In this document: positions 39,236 through 53,212 of the stretch, piece after piece | Layout of the letters: each line of letters opens with the position of its first letter | How positions within the stretch are numbered: the first letter of the stretch is position 1 | Origin: Azolla caroliniana | Taxonomy: Eukaryota; Plantae; Polypodiophyta | DNA: 64,000 bases | Direction of reading: 5' to 3' | NCBI GenBank assembly: GCA_043228905.1 | Contig: JBHGNT010000003.1 | Coordinates: forward strand, 1,426,001 to 1,490,000 | Notes under the pieces: model-generated | Databases searched by the model: none | The model's input: only the letters and a program-made list of their open reading frames with translations | Told to the model about the DNA's origin: nothing | Program-made: the position numbers and the translations under genes

Positions 39236-42200
39236 TTACACTCTAAAGGAAAAAGAACCAATACGGTCTACTAATGTTGACGTGGATGAGTCAATTGGAT
39301 TTCCATGGGCATCTGATGTAGTTTCAATACAATCATGAACTGTGTTAGTATCTGCATGAGTATGACTAGTGGTATTTTTGTGACGCCGACGATGAGGTGT
39401 GGTTTCCTTTGCTCGTGGTTTATCCAAACCATGTGCTAGGACACAAATTTGGATGGAGTGACCCAAATGCCAATGCATGACTAGCTTTTGGCTAATAGAC
39501 ATAGTGTCATAACATCGCACACAACCGAACGTTGAGACTACTGATGGTAAAATCTTCTCCCCTTCCACCTTGGATATGACAAGAAGCTTGCCGTCACGCT
39601 TTGCAGCTACATGAAGGCTTGCCAACCCGGCCTTTTCAGCTATTGTGTCACTCTCAACTGATGATATATAACAAAATCCCTACAAAAGTCATAATGAGTA
39701 AATTATTTGTCTTAAACGAATATCACTATGTATTTTTTTCTATCTAATTTGATGTGCCCTCATTCATGTGAAAAATGGTTTATGTATATGAGATTGGGAA
39801 TATTTCAAACACTAAAAATGAGGATATGGCAATTCAAATGATTAATAAGTAGGTCAACTTCACAATGATTTTATGGTGTGAAGTCTCGCCTCTAATGCAT
39901 TACTTTCCTTTTATCTTGGAAAGAAAAAAGAATTTACAAGGCCTAAAAATATTAGTATTTAGTTTCTTGCACAAATATAAAGCCACGAGTACCTCTTTGG
40001 TTCGACATACGCTGAGTCCAAGTGCAATGCCTTTTCCTTTTGGTTGTAGAACAATTGAAATCTCTGGAACAATAGGGACAAACCACAACCTCACAACTCT
40101 CAAAATGCCAATATCTATGCCATGGTAATCTTCAATTCCATAAACACCCTCATTACTCGTTGCGCACATGTCTTCCCATGTAGTGGCATTCATTGTACGC
40201 TTTGATGTAATATGTTGATCAGATACCTAATGCATCATGAATATCATAATGTAAGGGTTATATATTTTGAAAAGGTGATTGTAAAAATAATAGCTCCATG
40301 CATACATGACCCCTCCCCACACACACAGACACACCCCAAAAGGGAAAAAACCCACATATATCACACATATTGATATAAATAAAACAATTTGCAATTACTT
40401 ATGAAGTGGATGAATGGTGTTACCACAAGGTTAGTATATATAAGAGTGTGGTTAACCTTATGTATGCACGTATTGGAGCTTCTCTCATTCAATATTTCAC
40501 CTTTCCATCAAGAATGCATCCTCTAAATATAGCATGTTGGTTTATTAGAACTTCCTTTGTGTAGTTGCTAGGTGCTTTATTACTCATTTCATGGTTGAAA
40601 TGTTAGCCATAGAACCATGTAACGTGTCCATGGACCTACCTAGCCAACTTATGTGCGTTTGCTTGAGGTAATAGATGGGAGTTAATTATGATTATTGGAT
40701 TGTTGATATTCAATACATGATTTGGGATCATTTTCCTCACATGAGACATTCTCATATATGGTGGAATTACTATAAAAGTAGTATGTATTTTGAAGTTGAA
40801 CCTTAATATAAGATGATATATTTTGAATAACAATGTAAAACATGAGAAGAGTAATCTATCTTGAAGCCTCGTATTATGGAACTATTATCATATTCATTTA
40901 ACTTTATTTTATAAAAAATGAATATATGTCTTGATAAATCTTTATATAAGTGCTTAAACCATTTATGGTGTCCACGAATATAAATGACCTTGAGGAAGGT
41001 ATTAGTAAATTCCACATTTTTACTTCAACTGAATCAAATCGCAAAATTTAAAAGGTTAGAGATATCTTTACCTTTGTGAGCAAGGGTTCAACTTGTAAGT
41101 TGAAAAGAGTAATTGGGACACCAGAAGTTTGTGTTGTTGTAAACCATGCCACGGCCCTAGCAACAGTGTCATCCACACTTGCATATGACCTAATAGATGA
41201 CATATTGCTAGATAAATGTGGAAAAAATACAATGGAAAAAATTAGGCTTTGTGAGGTTGATTGTTGTATCGTTGATTCCGATGGAGCCCATGATACATAT
41301 GCCTCCTTGAGGGTAATTGACGTAAGTTGAGAGGTAAGTTGTGCAAATCTCATCTCTACATAAATTTTAAAGAAAATAATAGGTTAATTTTGTATATTCC
41401 ACCGAGATTCAATAAATTAGAAGAAAATGATGTATAAGTTACACAATATGCTCTATATGCATATACTAAGTTCTAATGGATGAAAGAAATTTACTGCTTG
41501 CATTAACAAGGTACAAGGTTTTATTCATGGATTATGTATGTTGTTTGTAATCTTCTTTCATGGTAGAGGCATGCGACTTCTTATAAAAATAACCAGCTTT
41601 TGTATGTTTAGGTTTCTTCTAAAATCGCTTTGCAAACATATGCTCATTGCTAACACACATGATATGTTTCTCATGCTTTTGAATGTTTTCAAACACAAAT
41701 ACCATGTTGGCATCTTCATATACCACAACAATACCATAACTAAACATTGGACATCTATGTTTATTAGTGTACATGGTAGTTGACTTCAAATACATTTTAC
41801 GACATTTATCTAAAGATGGATTTGATGGAATGAAATCTTTTTACATAAACACTACTTCACCTCTTGACACATAACATAATTATGCATGTGAGTGTGATAG
41901 ATGGAATTGTTTATCATCAAATGAGCTGTATATAGAAGTTTTAGACATTTTTCCTAAATCCTTTAGTTTTTTAGGTGGGAGAGATGAGACCCCAAAGAGA
42001 GATGTCAAACTTTAAGGAGCTCGGGGTATCTGGGAAATATCCCAGTTCATCTAATGTTTCCTATCAAGTGTTGAAATTTGAGAAATATATATAGCTTGGT
42101 AGGCTTCTTCTTCTCAATGTAAATTTAAGGAGCTCGGGGTATTTGGGAAATATCCCAGTTCATCTAATGTTTCCTATCAAGTGTTGAATTCGAGAAATAT

Positions 42201-44505
42201 ATATAGCTTGGTAGGCTTCTTCTCAATGTAAATCTCCATTATCATGGTGGATAAATTCAAGTTTTAAAATTTTCTTAGAACACCAAAAAATACAATTTCC
42301 ACATATTCAAAATTCTTAGAGAATGAGCAACACAATTGCTTGCTAGTGCCTCCTGGTGAGTACACCCATTCTATAACCGTACATTGAATGTGCATAAAAA
42401 AAACACAAGTTCACCTTTCCTCTCAAGTTTCTTTCATCAATTTTCATTTTGCTCACCCTCTAACATTTGTATCTACATAATTCCTATGAGATCTAGATAA
42501 TTATTGTCAATGGCATATTAATTGTATATTAATAGAAGATGGTTCATCTTGTGATGATGATCAAGTCAAATATGACCTATGACAACAAAGTAATTTTTTT
42601 TATTTAGTATGTTTGAAATTGAGTAATGATTCTCAATGTTCAAGAATTTAACTAATAAACATTGCAATCAAGAGCAACGAAACATTATGATCGTGAGAGG
42701 AATGTATTTACAGACTGCAAATGACTGACAATGTGATGAAAGAAAATGCGAGTGTGGTCAAATGCAGTGCATTGTATCAAAATGTGATGATTAGAGTACA
42801 ATATTGCTCAAAGCAAAATATGCATAGCAATAAGTCTCCTCTCATGTCCCCTAGCGCTTTATCTCAATTCGAAGAGAATGTGAGCTAAGTTAAGTGGGAG
42901 CAATGGTATAGATAGAAGGTAAAGGGATGCGTTCTACAAAGCATGTCTTGATGAGATCAACTTCCTTTTTCATAGAAGAAGATGGTTTTGTGGTTTGGTG
43001 CAAGATATGTAATATAATGTGTGAAACATGTGCCTCCACATTTTCCCCAACTCATGAAATACATGCATTATAAGAAAGCCCCATTCATAGAAAAATCTAT
43101 CGATGCATCGTGAAGCAAATGGGATCCATTCCATTTTTGCAAACCATCTCTTCATATATTGCATTTATTTGGAACCCAGAATTTTGCTTTTGTGAATCTT
43201 TTAAGATTTTTTTAATCTTTTCTCATGCTAAGGAAGTTGATGTGAGGATGTTTTTGAGCCTTAAGCATACTCCATGACTTGCCATGACCATGATCTCAAT
43301 GGTAAGTGATACTCTTATCTTCATGATGGTTAAGCCATCGAGATTGAAGCATTTTATAAATAATAAATAAAGACATATCTTTTTTCAAACATATTCATGA
43401 ATCAAACATTCCCGTCCCCTTGAGAATTTTGAAATGCAAGATATTCTTAGTATCACTCGTATTAGTATGTTACCACACTTGGTGCATTAGTTTTTGCTTT
43501 GAACTTTATTGAGGATTTGGGGACTTCTAAGTTCTTACCACATGTGACTTTTTATCACAAATGGACCTTTAAGGAATTGTGTTGTGAGTAGGATCTTTTT
43601 ACTTTTTTTAGTTTTACCATTTTATTTAGGTTTTTATGACCTGGCTTTTTGTGTGCTCTAAGAGAGAGAGTATTAATGTCCTCGAGAGGCGATATGATCT
43701 AAGGGAGGATAAGGTCATAGGTCCAACTCATAGTCATGGCAAGGATCGAGCTTTGGTTCTCTCGAACTTTGTATTCTATGTCACAATGTAAACTACTAAG
43801 AAAACAACCTAAGGCAAAAAAGAAATGCATAGACGAGGTTGCACGGGATTTCAACTATTTGGAAGTCATAAGGCCATGAATTTGACATGGTGTTGTGGCA
43901 CCTAGTAGTTTAGAAGAAATGATATAAGATGCAACAAAGTTATATGTAAGTAAGGATTTGAACCTATGACATCTTATTGATAGCGTGAATAGTTACAAGT
44001 CTAGGAAGAAACAAAACATATAGAAAAAATGACAATGTAAACTTTTTGAACTTTGTGACATCCTTATGGTTTGATACGCCTTATGGTTGGAGACCATGAG
44101 ATAGTTTGTTCAATCCTTCCTCCCAAATACATGTAGCTCGAGAAAAGTTATGTAAGATGAAAAGGCACGTGGAAGTATGGATTTGAATCTATGACCTTGT
44201 TTTGAATCATGAGAGTAGTTTGTTTCACCCTTCCTCCCTAGGATACGTAATTATATACATAGTTGGCTGGCTTGTCAAAATTTATGATTCTTCCTCCTCA
44301 AGAAGGCATGCACTTCAAGTGAAGTTAAGGTGAAAAGGTGTGTGCAAGTAAAAATTTGAATTTATGGCTTTGTGTTGATAGTCTAGTAGCTTACAATTAC
44401 GTAGCCCTTTTACACTAGGAGAGATAGATACATATCCGTTTAATTTTGAGGCATAACCCATGGAGAGAATTGAACATATGTGGAAACATAATAAAATGTG
44501 ATCCA

Positions 44506-44555
<50 letters not shown>

Positions 44556-45230
44556 ACCTTGAAGGGCAATACATGCTTCATTTGTCGAGTCAACGAAAGT
44601 GACAAGATGACTACCATCTCTTGTGTGCCGAAGACACAAGGTTGGCCTCCTTTTACTCTTGTGATTGCCCCTTGAGTCATGAGATACAAGGAAACTTGGG
44701 ATCTTCACAATCTCAAACTCTTGGGGAGAAAGGGTCGTAAAATTTGGTGGTTTTGATGAACGAGAATTACATGATGAGGTTAAGCGGAGGACATGGACAT
44801 GGACCAATGTCCTTGAGGCTACATCAAAGTTTTTAAAGAGAGTATCATGCAAGTAGGTAAGGAGGCTCGAAGATAAGCCATGGAAGGGGGCATGCATTGA
44901 TGTAGAATTCCCAGAGGGGAAGCTAATTTCTTGAACAATGTCACCTGGTAGGAGCTTGTCATCATCATGATCCATATTGATGCCTTTTGAGACTACCTTT
45001 ACCGTTACCACCATTTTTGCAACAGTAGTTGCCATTTCAATCTTCTTTCCCTCCTTATCAACAATGTTTATATGCTCACAATTGCTCCCTTGTAAATCTA
45101 CTCCTGTCTTTTCTATGCTTATTACTCTTCCTCTTCCAATCCTTTCCTTTTCTTTCCTCTTAATGTTATCTCCATCATTTCCACTAGGGGAATCTTTCCA
45201 AGGATGTGTTCTCGCTTTCATTGTATTCAT
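39236..45230 (-). CDS. uncharacterised conserved plant protein with PDZ-like segments (recalled as At5g13100-like), 4 exons
   Basis: Exons 45230 (or 45035/45329)-44558, 41355-41072, 40226-39993, 39679-39236 join in frame. Motifs PGDIVQEI, DTVARAVAWF...SGVP, YGIEDYHGIDIGILRVVRLWF, VRCYDTMSISQKL. Start codon uncertain. Confidence 0.8.
42011..42233. repeat. ~113-bp tandem duplication
   Basis: TTTAAGGAGCTCGGGGTAT...TCTCAATGTAAAT twice. Confidence 0.92.
44507..44552. repeat. (GA)n microsatellite next to a splice donor
   Basis: About 22 GA units starting a few nt into intron 1 of the minus-strand gene. Confidence 0.92.
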
Positions 45231-45459
45231 CTCTATCTCTCTCAATTCCACACACCATATCTTATATAGAACTTGGAATATATTGTAGAGAGAAAGAGAG
45301 TGGAGAAAGAATATTGTCTTGTTCCTCATTTTGAACTTGTCAAATGATTCACACCTATTGTTTGTGTTTGGAAAACTTTTTGCTTACTAATATGGATCGA
45401 AGTTTCCTTTGTTCTTATGCATGACATTATAAGAAAACATGATAAATGTAAAGATAATT

Positions 45460-45714
45460 GGGGGAAAAACTTAGAATAAAGGTACATACGATATTTTTTT
45501 CGAGCTTACTCTCTTCCAATTTTCTGTTTCTATGGAGAATTTACAACAAGTTGAAATCGTCAACATTTGGCTTTAATATAGTGAACGGGGGGAAAACTTA
45601 GAATAAAGGTACATACGATATTTTTTTCGAGCTTACTCTCTTCCAATTTTCTGTTTCTATGGAGAATTTACACCAAGTTGAAATTGTCAACATTTGGCTT
45701 TAATATAGTGAACG
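45460..45714. repeat. ~127-bp tandem duplication
   Basis: GGGGAAA(AA)CTTAGAATAAAGG...ATAGTGAACG twice. Confidence 0.92.
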
Positions 45715-48700
45715 AGGGGCACGTTTCCCCAACACTAATATTCACACTTACTAGAACTTTGGTGGAACTTTGTTGAATATAACAATTCTTATATCTTTAG
45801 TTTGGCTTAATCCATTTGAAGTTGGTTGGCACTTATATATATATGTATAGGTTTGACCCACTATTGACCCACTAGAACGTTGTTGTCTAGAACTTTCATA
45901 AACTCTAATGTATGGAAGACTTAAGCTTGATTTCTGAGTTTGAATGTGGTAGAGAGAATTTAACTCTAGGTTGATAGAGTTTTGGGAGACCTAGTGTCAA
46001 GCTAAAACCATTTTTTACGTCATGACTCATGATACCTTTTTTATTGCAATACACAAAGAGGTTATACTCTGGGTGCACTTAGATCAGGGGTAACCAATTC
46101 TCCACTTCCTATGTTGCATTGTCATGAGGCTTGCTTTAATATGAAAATTTCAATATTTTTAACTACATAATGGGAATAATTAGCCATTATGAGGTTTTTC
46201 ATAATTAACCATGTGGCCAATACAATTAATCTTCTTATTCTAGTCACATTGCAATATTAATGAAATTTAAATAAGATCATGCTATAATAAGTAAATGTGC
46301 ACATAGAAAAGACATGGTTTTTTTGTGTATGTGCACATTCAAAACCAAGCATAATCATTAATTGATTAAAAATACTAACAATACTTAAGAGTAAACACAT
46401 TATCCAATTCAACATTTTAATTACATCTTTATTAGATCATATGCATCATATCTCAATTATAAATTGACATCGTGGCTGGTTTAAACATTAACTACAATGA
46501 ATCTTCACCACAAAGTATTATATTTATCTAGCAATGGGTATGGATTTTGGATTAGAAAATGATCAAACCTTGAATGCCTCAAAAGCCAAGTCATTTTGGA
46601 GAAAAAATTGAGTCACTGTCCAACTCCAAAGTTGTGAAATGATGAGGGCTCTTGAGTGATGAAATGAGAAAGAAAGATATCATAATCTTTAAGATGCCAA
46701 AACAGCCTATGAGATTGAAGGAGAGATAGCATCTAAAAATATTGCCTCATATTGGAGAACAAACCAAAACTAAAATAACATAACTAGATTAGTAAAATTG
46801 CGTAAGAATACCAAAATATTCTATTAGCTAAGTAGCTAAAGGTGTGAAATTATATAGTTTGAAACTTTTACCTTATAAATATTTCTAGCATGGATTGATC
46901 CAGGATGAAGAGGTCTCTTTTGCAAGATAGACACATTTTGATGTCAATAATACTCACCTTGATCTTTTTTTCCAACAATGGTTTATATTATGTCTAAAGT
47001 GATTTAAATGATACATGAACACTTCCAAATATTCTTAACATCTCCATCATGGATCTAAATACTGGCTTGGAATTTTGGATAACAAGTATGATGGGTACAT
47101 GGCATGCGTGCACCACATATTGTTGTTGCTTAATCTATTGCAAGGTTCCTTTTGAAAATTAGGGTTGAGACCCTAGTCATGTAGCACTTGGTTACTTTGT
47201 AGCTTGGAAAGGACGTGTGATGGTGCTAATTTCTAAATATGATCCCGGTGGTTCTTTGTTGACAACATTTTGTGGTTGTTTTGTTATCCAATGACTTTTC
47301 TCTCTGTCCCTTAAATTCTAACGAGAACAATCCCGATCATTGTTGGTTTGACCAAAGTCTTGTTTGAAGATGTAGTGATGTCTCCCCTTAAATTCAGAAA
47401 AAATGGTACAAAACATGTGGCTCCTCCACCCCGAAGTGATGCCACAAATTTTGTTATAAAAACTCTTGCATATAAAATGAAGGGCTAGAGGCAAAAGAAG
47501 CATATTGTTCTTGGATCTAATATGTCATATAGCTTCATTTATACTCTCTAAATATGGCTCCATAAAAAGCATTCCTTTAGTGGCACATGCTCTTTAATGT
47601 TGACTTTAGATTTCCTCCAATTAACTAATGTAACTCTCCCTATTGATTTCTCCTCAATATAACACATGCAATCACATAACAAATTTAATTTTTAGTTCAT
47701 CAAATAAGATTATTATATTTGATGTCATATTATTATCTCTATGTAGACTGGCATTCTCTCCATGTAGAATATGTTTGCATGTGCTAGAAAACTACGTCCA
47801 TGCATCTTTTGTATCCAAGTTTACACTAACACATGCACATGCACCCAAGTTCAAATTTCACTACTTGAAGTATTTCACTATAGGCAAGTACAAATCGTAG
47901 AGGTTATTATTTGAACTAATATACTAGGTACCACTCTAGAACTAGGAGTTGGGGTTGAATGTATGGATAATGGCATTCTTGTATATGGAAAAACCTCTCG
48001 CTCACATACACTCTCTCTCTACATGTATTCATTAAAGAAATGATATAATGATTTTATTTCATGAGAATGATTACTAAACCTTGAATTATATTTATGGTGC
48101 TTTTCAAGTTCTATCGGGTATGCATGCTAGCTATGCCACCGATAATCCACTTTGTGTATTTGATCTGAATCACTTCATAAAAGACAAGAATAGTCCACTT
48201 ACCATTTCTATAAGAGGAGTTCTATATTCAATAAGGTAGTATTTGTTCTCAATCACTTCAAAAAAGAAAACAAATAGTCCACTTTGCATTTCAATTAGAG
48301 AAGTGATTTCTTTAAGGAGTAAAACTATTTAAATGCTTCCACACTAAATAAAATATTATTATTTCTACAAGAGAAGGTTCGAAATTTCAAAGCACGCGTG
48401 AGTCTTTACATGTATTTGGACACATGTGCAATCATCATTATTCTTCAACTTGTTAACAAGTAAATTGTTAAGTATTACAAGTCATTCCTTCGCACTTTAT
48501 ATACCATTTTATAATCAATGTCAATGATCTTACATTCCGACAACATATAGATATTTATTAATGAAAGTTAAAACACGGTAATCTATCTATGATATGTAGC
48601 ATAGAAAGGTAGGATATGCTTAGTAATGTCAACATTAAGACATTCATTTTTATATGTCTATGTTCTACTCTTGTGATTTGTCCATACATAAAGCCATCCT

Positions 48701-48844
48701 CAAGATCATTGGGGGTTTAGGTTATCTTTGGAGAGACTATGTTCAATCTCTTTGGGATAACTAGCCGAGGTGATTGATCCATCCCCACTATGTTTTTTGG
48801 TGTTGCCTTCTTTTGATGGCGGATTGTGTGATATTGTTCATAAA

Positions 48845-49175
48845 TGGTTGCATATATGAAGAGTCAAGATTGGAAGGAGAGTATTGAACTAGTGCGTCAA
48901 AAAACCCAAATTGTTTCCTAGCCGTCTTATTAGAAAGTTTAATGGATTCCCATTGGAAATCTAGGTCTCCCATTGGCCGTCATATTAGAAAGGTTTGTGG
49001 CTTCCCGTAAGTGGTTGCATATATGAAGATTCAAGATTGGAAGGAGAGTATTGAACTAGTGTGTCAAAAAAACCCAAATTATTTCCTAGCCGTCTTATTA
49101 TGGCTTCCCATTGGAAATCTAGGTCTCCCATTGGCCATCATATTACAAAGGTTAATGGCTCCCCATTGGAAATCG
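48845..49175. repeat. ~165-bp imperfect tandem duplication
   Basis: TGGTTGCATATATGAAGA.TCAAGATTGGAAGGAGAG...CCCATTGGAAATCTAGG twice. Confidence 0.85.
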
Positions 49176-49229
49176 AAGAGAATGACGCGGAATATTGCTC
49201 GGCCACAACTAAGTCTTGAATCACTTCTA

Positions 49230-49742
49230 TGAGAATCAAACACAGAAATGGGAAGTAGGGAGTGAACGCACGTACACACACAAACAACGATAGAGGATAC
49301 ACAAGATGTTTATGTGGAAAACCCTAATAGGGAAAAACCATGGGAGCCCACATACTCCAAACTGTCACTATATGAGAAAGGTACAAACAGAGAATCAGAG
49401 GCAATGACCTCGAGCACTGTATCTTCGCCAACCAGCGGTTACAACAGAGTATCACTCTGTATCTCTCTCTCTCTCTCTCTATACAACAGTTATGCACATA
49501 CAACAATATGACAACCACCCCACATATAAAGTGATTGCCCTAAGTCATATTTATACATATATGAACTTAGGGCTATGTACAAATATAGCCTCAATAGGCT
49601 TACTCAAAACATATTTACAAATATGTCTTCTCTTCCGGTTCTCACTGAGTCCATCCGATCCGGTTTCCGGATCTCTTCTGGTTCTCACCGGGTCCTCTTC
49701 ATTCATAACCGGATCCCATCCGGAGGGACCAATTACCCAACA
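49230..49742 (-). repeat. 3' LTR of copia A
   Basis: Minus strand TGTTGGGTAATTGG...TTTGATTCTCA directly after the PPT; contains TATAAATA; left boundary less certain. Confidence 0.8.
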
Positions 49743-50334
49743 ATCTCCCCCTTCACTACGGCATGGGATGTCTCGCTAGCCCGATCCGCTCTCGGCACGC
49801 GTCCAGTTTGTCGGTCGTCAATACCTTGGTTAGCATATCTGACCTGTTCTCCTTCGTGTGGATCTTAGTCAACACGAACTCTTGATCTTCTACTCTCTCC
49901 CGGATCCAGTGGTACCTCCGTTGGATATGTTTCATTTGGGAATGGTAGGTTGTGTTCTTTGCAAGGTGGATGGCACTTTGACTATCACAGTAGAGCCGGT
50001 ATTCCTCATGTTGGATCCCTAGCTCTCCGATGAAGTCCTTCATCCAAATTATCTCCTTGCCGGCTTCCACATCTGCCATGTACTTTGCCTCCGTGGTTGA
50101 CAACGCGATTGTCTTTTGTAGCCTCAACTGCCACGAAATAGCTCCCCCTGCATAAGTCATGACATATGCAGATGTAGAACAGCTAGTATCCGCATCCGCC
50201 GACATGTCCGAATCAGTGAAGCCTTCCAAGAGGGGTTTACCGGAGCCAAATCGGAGGCACATACTCAAGGTGCCTTTCAGATACCAGAGTATCCACTTGA
50301 CCGCGTTCCAGTGCTCTTTTCCGGGATTACTCAT

Positions 50335-50802
50335 TGTTGAGAATCAAGCTCAACATAGAGCAACGTGTGAACACACCTTTTGAGAATCTATGATTACTCA
50401 AAGGTCAAGAGTCACACCACCACTCTCTACACATTAAACTATGTGGCATAGATTCATATTCTATGACACATAACTAATGGTTCCACATTCCCCATGACCG
50501 TAATACTTCACATTCCTCAAGGCTCTAGTGAGAGAGTGAACGTTGTAGTGAGTAAATGAAGAGAGAGGGTGATTCTATATAAAGCACCCTCCTCCTACTC
50601 CATATTAAGTCGGTTGTGACTCCTTGTAACGCTATTTTGTATCTCATATTCTACTTGTTAATATACATCTCCTTCTTCTTCTTGAGTACTTCATATTGTC
50701 TCTTATCTATCTTGTGTTTCTCTCCTCTCCTCTCTTCTCTCACACATACACACATAACTCACATCTCTTCTGCTTCACAAGAATCACCATCGATTCTTTA
50801 CA
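50335..50802 (+). repeat. 5' LTR of copia B
   Basis: TGTTGAGAAT...TTCTTTACA; near identical to 55983-56447. Confidence 0.97.
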
Positions 50803-50814
50803 TGGTATCAGAGC
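50803..50814 (+). promoter_or_regulatory. primer-binding site (tRNA-iMet)
   Basis: TGGTATCAGAGC directly after the 5' LTR. Confidence 0.95.
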
Positions 50815-52472
50815 GATTTGGTAGCTCGATCTATCCCACTCGCCTCATTGTGATCGTGTGTTGTGCTCTACGCCGACGTTCAAGAAGAACCGGCTCATTG
50901 CTATCATAGTGCAACTACATAGCTCGTGTTCGAGAGAGAAGGAAAAGAAAAGAAGGAAGAAATCTACATCGACAATGAATACTCAAATGGGGAGCACTCT
51001 CCCTAGCGAGAAGTTAGATCGCAACAACTTTGCATCTTGGGAGTACAAGATGCACCAATACCTTGTCGGCCAAGGCTATTGGAGCTACATCAAAGGAGTA
51101 CAAGAAAATCGGCCCAACCCGAAAGACGCCGACTATGCAACATGGGAGCAAGCGTCAAGCCGAGTGATGTATTGCTTGGCGACATGTGTTCACGACCACA
51201 TGCTCGGGTACATTCGAGAAGCCAAGAAGCCGAAGGAAGCGTGGGAGAATCTACGAAAGATTTTCGCCGCCAACACTACCGCGAGAAAGCTTCAACTCCG
51301 CCAAGAGTTGAATAATATCCAACAAAGGGATATGTCCGTCACGAACTACACCTTGAAGATCAAGGAGCTTTGTGATTCGCTCGGCTCGATAAGCGTAAAC
51401 GTGGAGGATGACGAGATGGTGCAAATATGCCTCGGCGACCTTGCACCAAGATTCAGCGCGATGCGGACTGCCGTACTAGCACGAGAGAATCCGCCCTCAT
51501 TCTTCGATCTTCAATCCATGTTGTTGGTGAAAGAAAACCATGTTCGAACAAGGAGTAGCGCCTCGGATGGCCAAATTCTCTACATGCATTCGGACGGAGG
51601 AAGAGGACAGGACCGTGCAAGAAGAGGCCGATTCGGCCAAGGACGAGGCAGACCGATTTACAAAAACAACTCTCAATTATGGCAACAAGATGGAGGCCAT
51701 TGGGGAACCTTCGGAAGAAAGGGGAGCCACCATTCCGGTCCGAGCCGACAAACCTCAATCGAATGCGGATATTGCGGGAAAGTCGGCCACCACGAAGAAG
51801 AATGTCATAAGAAGATGCGCGAGTCGGCTTCCACTAGCTGCCAACTCACCAACTACGCCATCAACTCTGACTATGACGATCGCGGCGGAATGTTCGTGAT
51901 GAGACAGAGTGAATTCTATGTCGGCCTTTACTTCTACTAATGCCTCCGGTCTAGAAGACGTATGGTTCGTCGATTCCGGTGCCTCGAGCCATATGACGTC
52001 GCATCAAGAATGGTTCTGAGAACTTCGTGAGCCGGACCGACCCGGCTATGTCGAAACCGGAGACGATACTACACACCCGATTCGGCACATCGGCAATGTT
52101 CCGTTCGGAGAAGAAGGTAAGAAAACTTGTATTAAAAATGTCTTGCATGTACCAACTATCACGAAGAATTTGGTCTCCGTCGACCAAATTGTAGAGCAAG
52201 GAATGCAAGTACGATTTAATCAAAGCGGTTGCTTCATCGAAAAAGAGGGTCGACTCATCGCACGCGGACGAAGAGAGGGCTGAATGTTCATTCTCGACTC
52301 ACACGAGATGAAATCGGCCATGTTCGCAAAGGGCATGAAAACCGATTCCGACATAGAGTTATGGCACAAGCGGATTGGCCATATCAACCTCCAAAAGCTC
52401 AAGGCAATGCAATCGAAAGGAGTCGTCATCGGGCTCCCGACATTCACGGAGAAAGAGATTGAAGGCGTGTGT

Positions 52473-53212
52473 TGTTGGGAGACAGGTCCCTCCGGATGGG
52501 AAGGGAGAAGAACAGTGTTGTTGGAAGAGGAGTGCCCGGCTACGGAGAGCCGGATGGTGCAGACCCGGTGTGAACCGGATGAGGAGTACCCGGCTACGGA
52601 GAGCCAGATGGTGCAGACCCGGTGTGAACCGGATGAGCAGTACCCGGCTACGGAGAGCCGGATGGTGCAGACCCGGTATGAACCGGATGAGGAGTAATCG
52701 GCTACAGAGAGCCGGATGGTATAGACCCGGTGAGAACCGGATGAAGAGACATATTAGTAAATATGTTTCTGATAGTCCATCGTGGCTACATTTGTAAATA
52801 GCCGGAAAGACATATTAGTATAAATATGACTTAGGGCAACTTTTTTAGTAACTATTGTAACTGTTGTTGTTGTCATTCTTGTTGGTGCAAGAATAGAGAG
52901 TGTGCGTAACTGTACAGAGAGAGAGAGAGAGAGAGAAAGAGGTCGTTGCCTCTGTTGTAACCGCCGCCTGTGGCGAAGATCTGTGAGCACGAGGTCGGTG
53001 CCTCAGTGAACTCATTGTTGTACATTCCATCATAGTGATAGTTTGCAGCCTGTGGGCTGCCGTGGTTTTTCCCCTAGTTTGGGGTTATCCATGTAAACCT
53101 CCTGTGTACCTCGTCTCTTCTTCTTGTCGTGTTTTATTTCCCATTTTCTGTGTATGATCCTAAGCTCGGTTGTGGCCGAGCGTTGCGCATAAGGAGCCTT
53201 GAGTTCCCGTCA
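52473..53212 (+). mobile_element. solo LTR C inserted in copia B
   Basis: TGTTGGGAGA...TTCCCGTCA with TSD TGTGT; removing it restores EGVCVLCQFGKQ. Confidence 0.95.
52529..52745 (+). repeat. 4 x 54-bp tandem repeat in LTR C
   Basis: GAGTACCCGGCTACGGAGAGCCGGATGGTGCAGACCCGGTGTGAACCGGATGAG units. Confidence 0.93.

Noticed and set aside
43840-44240. Three GGATTT(G/C)AA(C/T) B-box-like motifs suggesting tRNA or SINE
   Set aside because: No cloverleaf, A-box or TSD; at most decayed SINE remnants.
52284-52797. Repeat protein ORF (PATESRMVQTRCEPDEEY)n
   Set aside because: Chance readthrough from copia B into the 54-bp repeats of solo LTR C.
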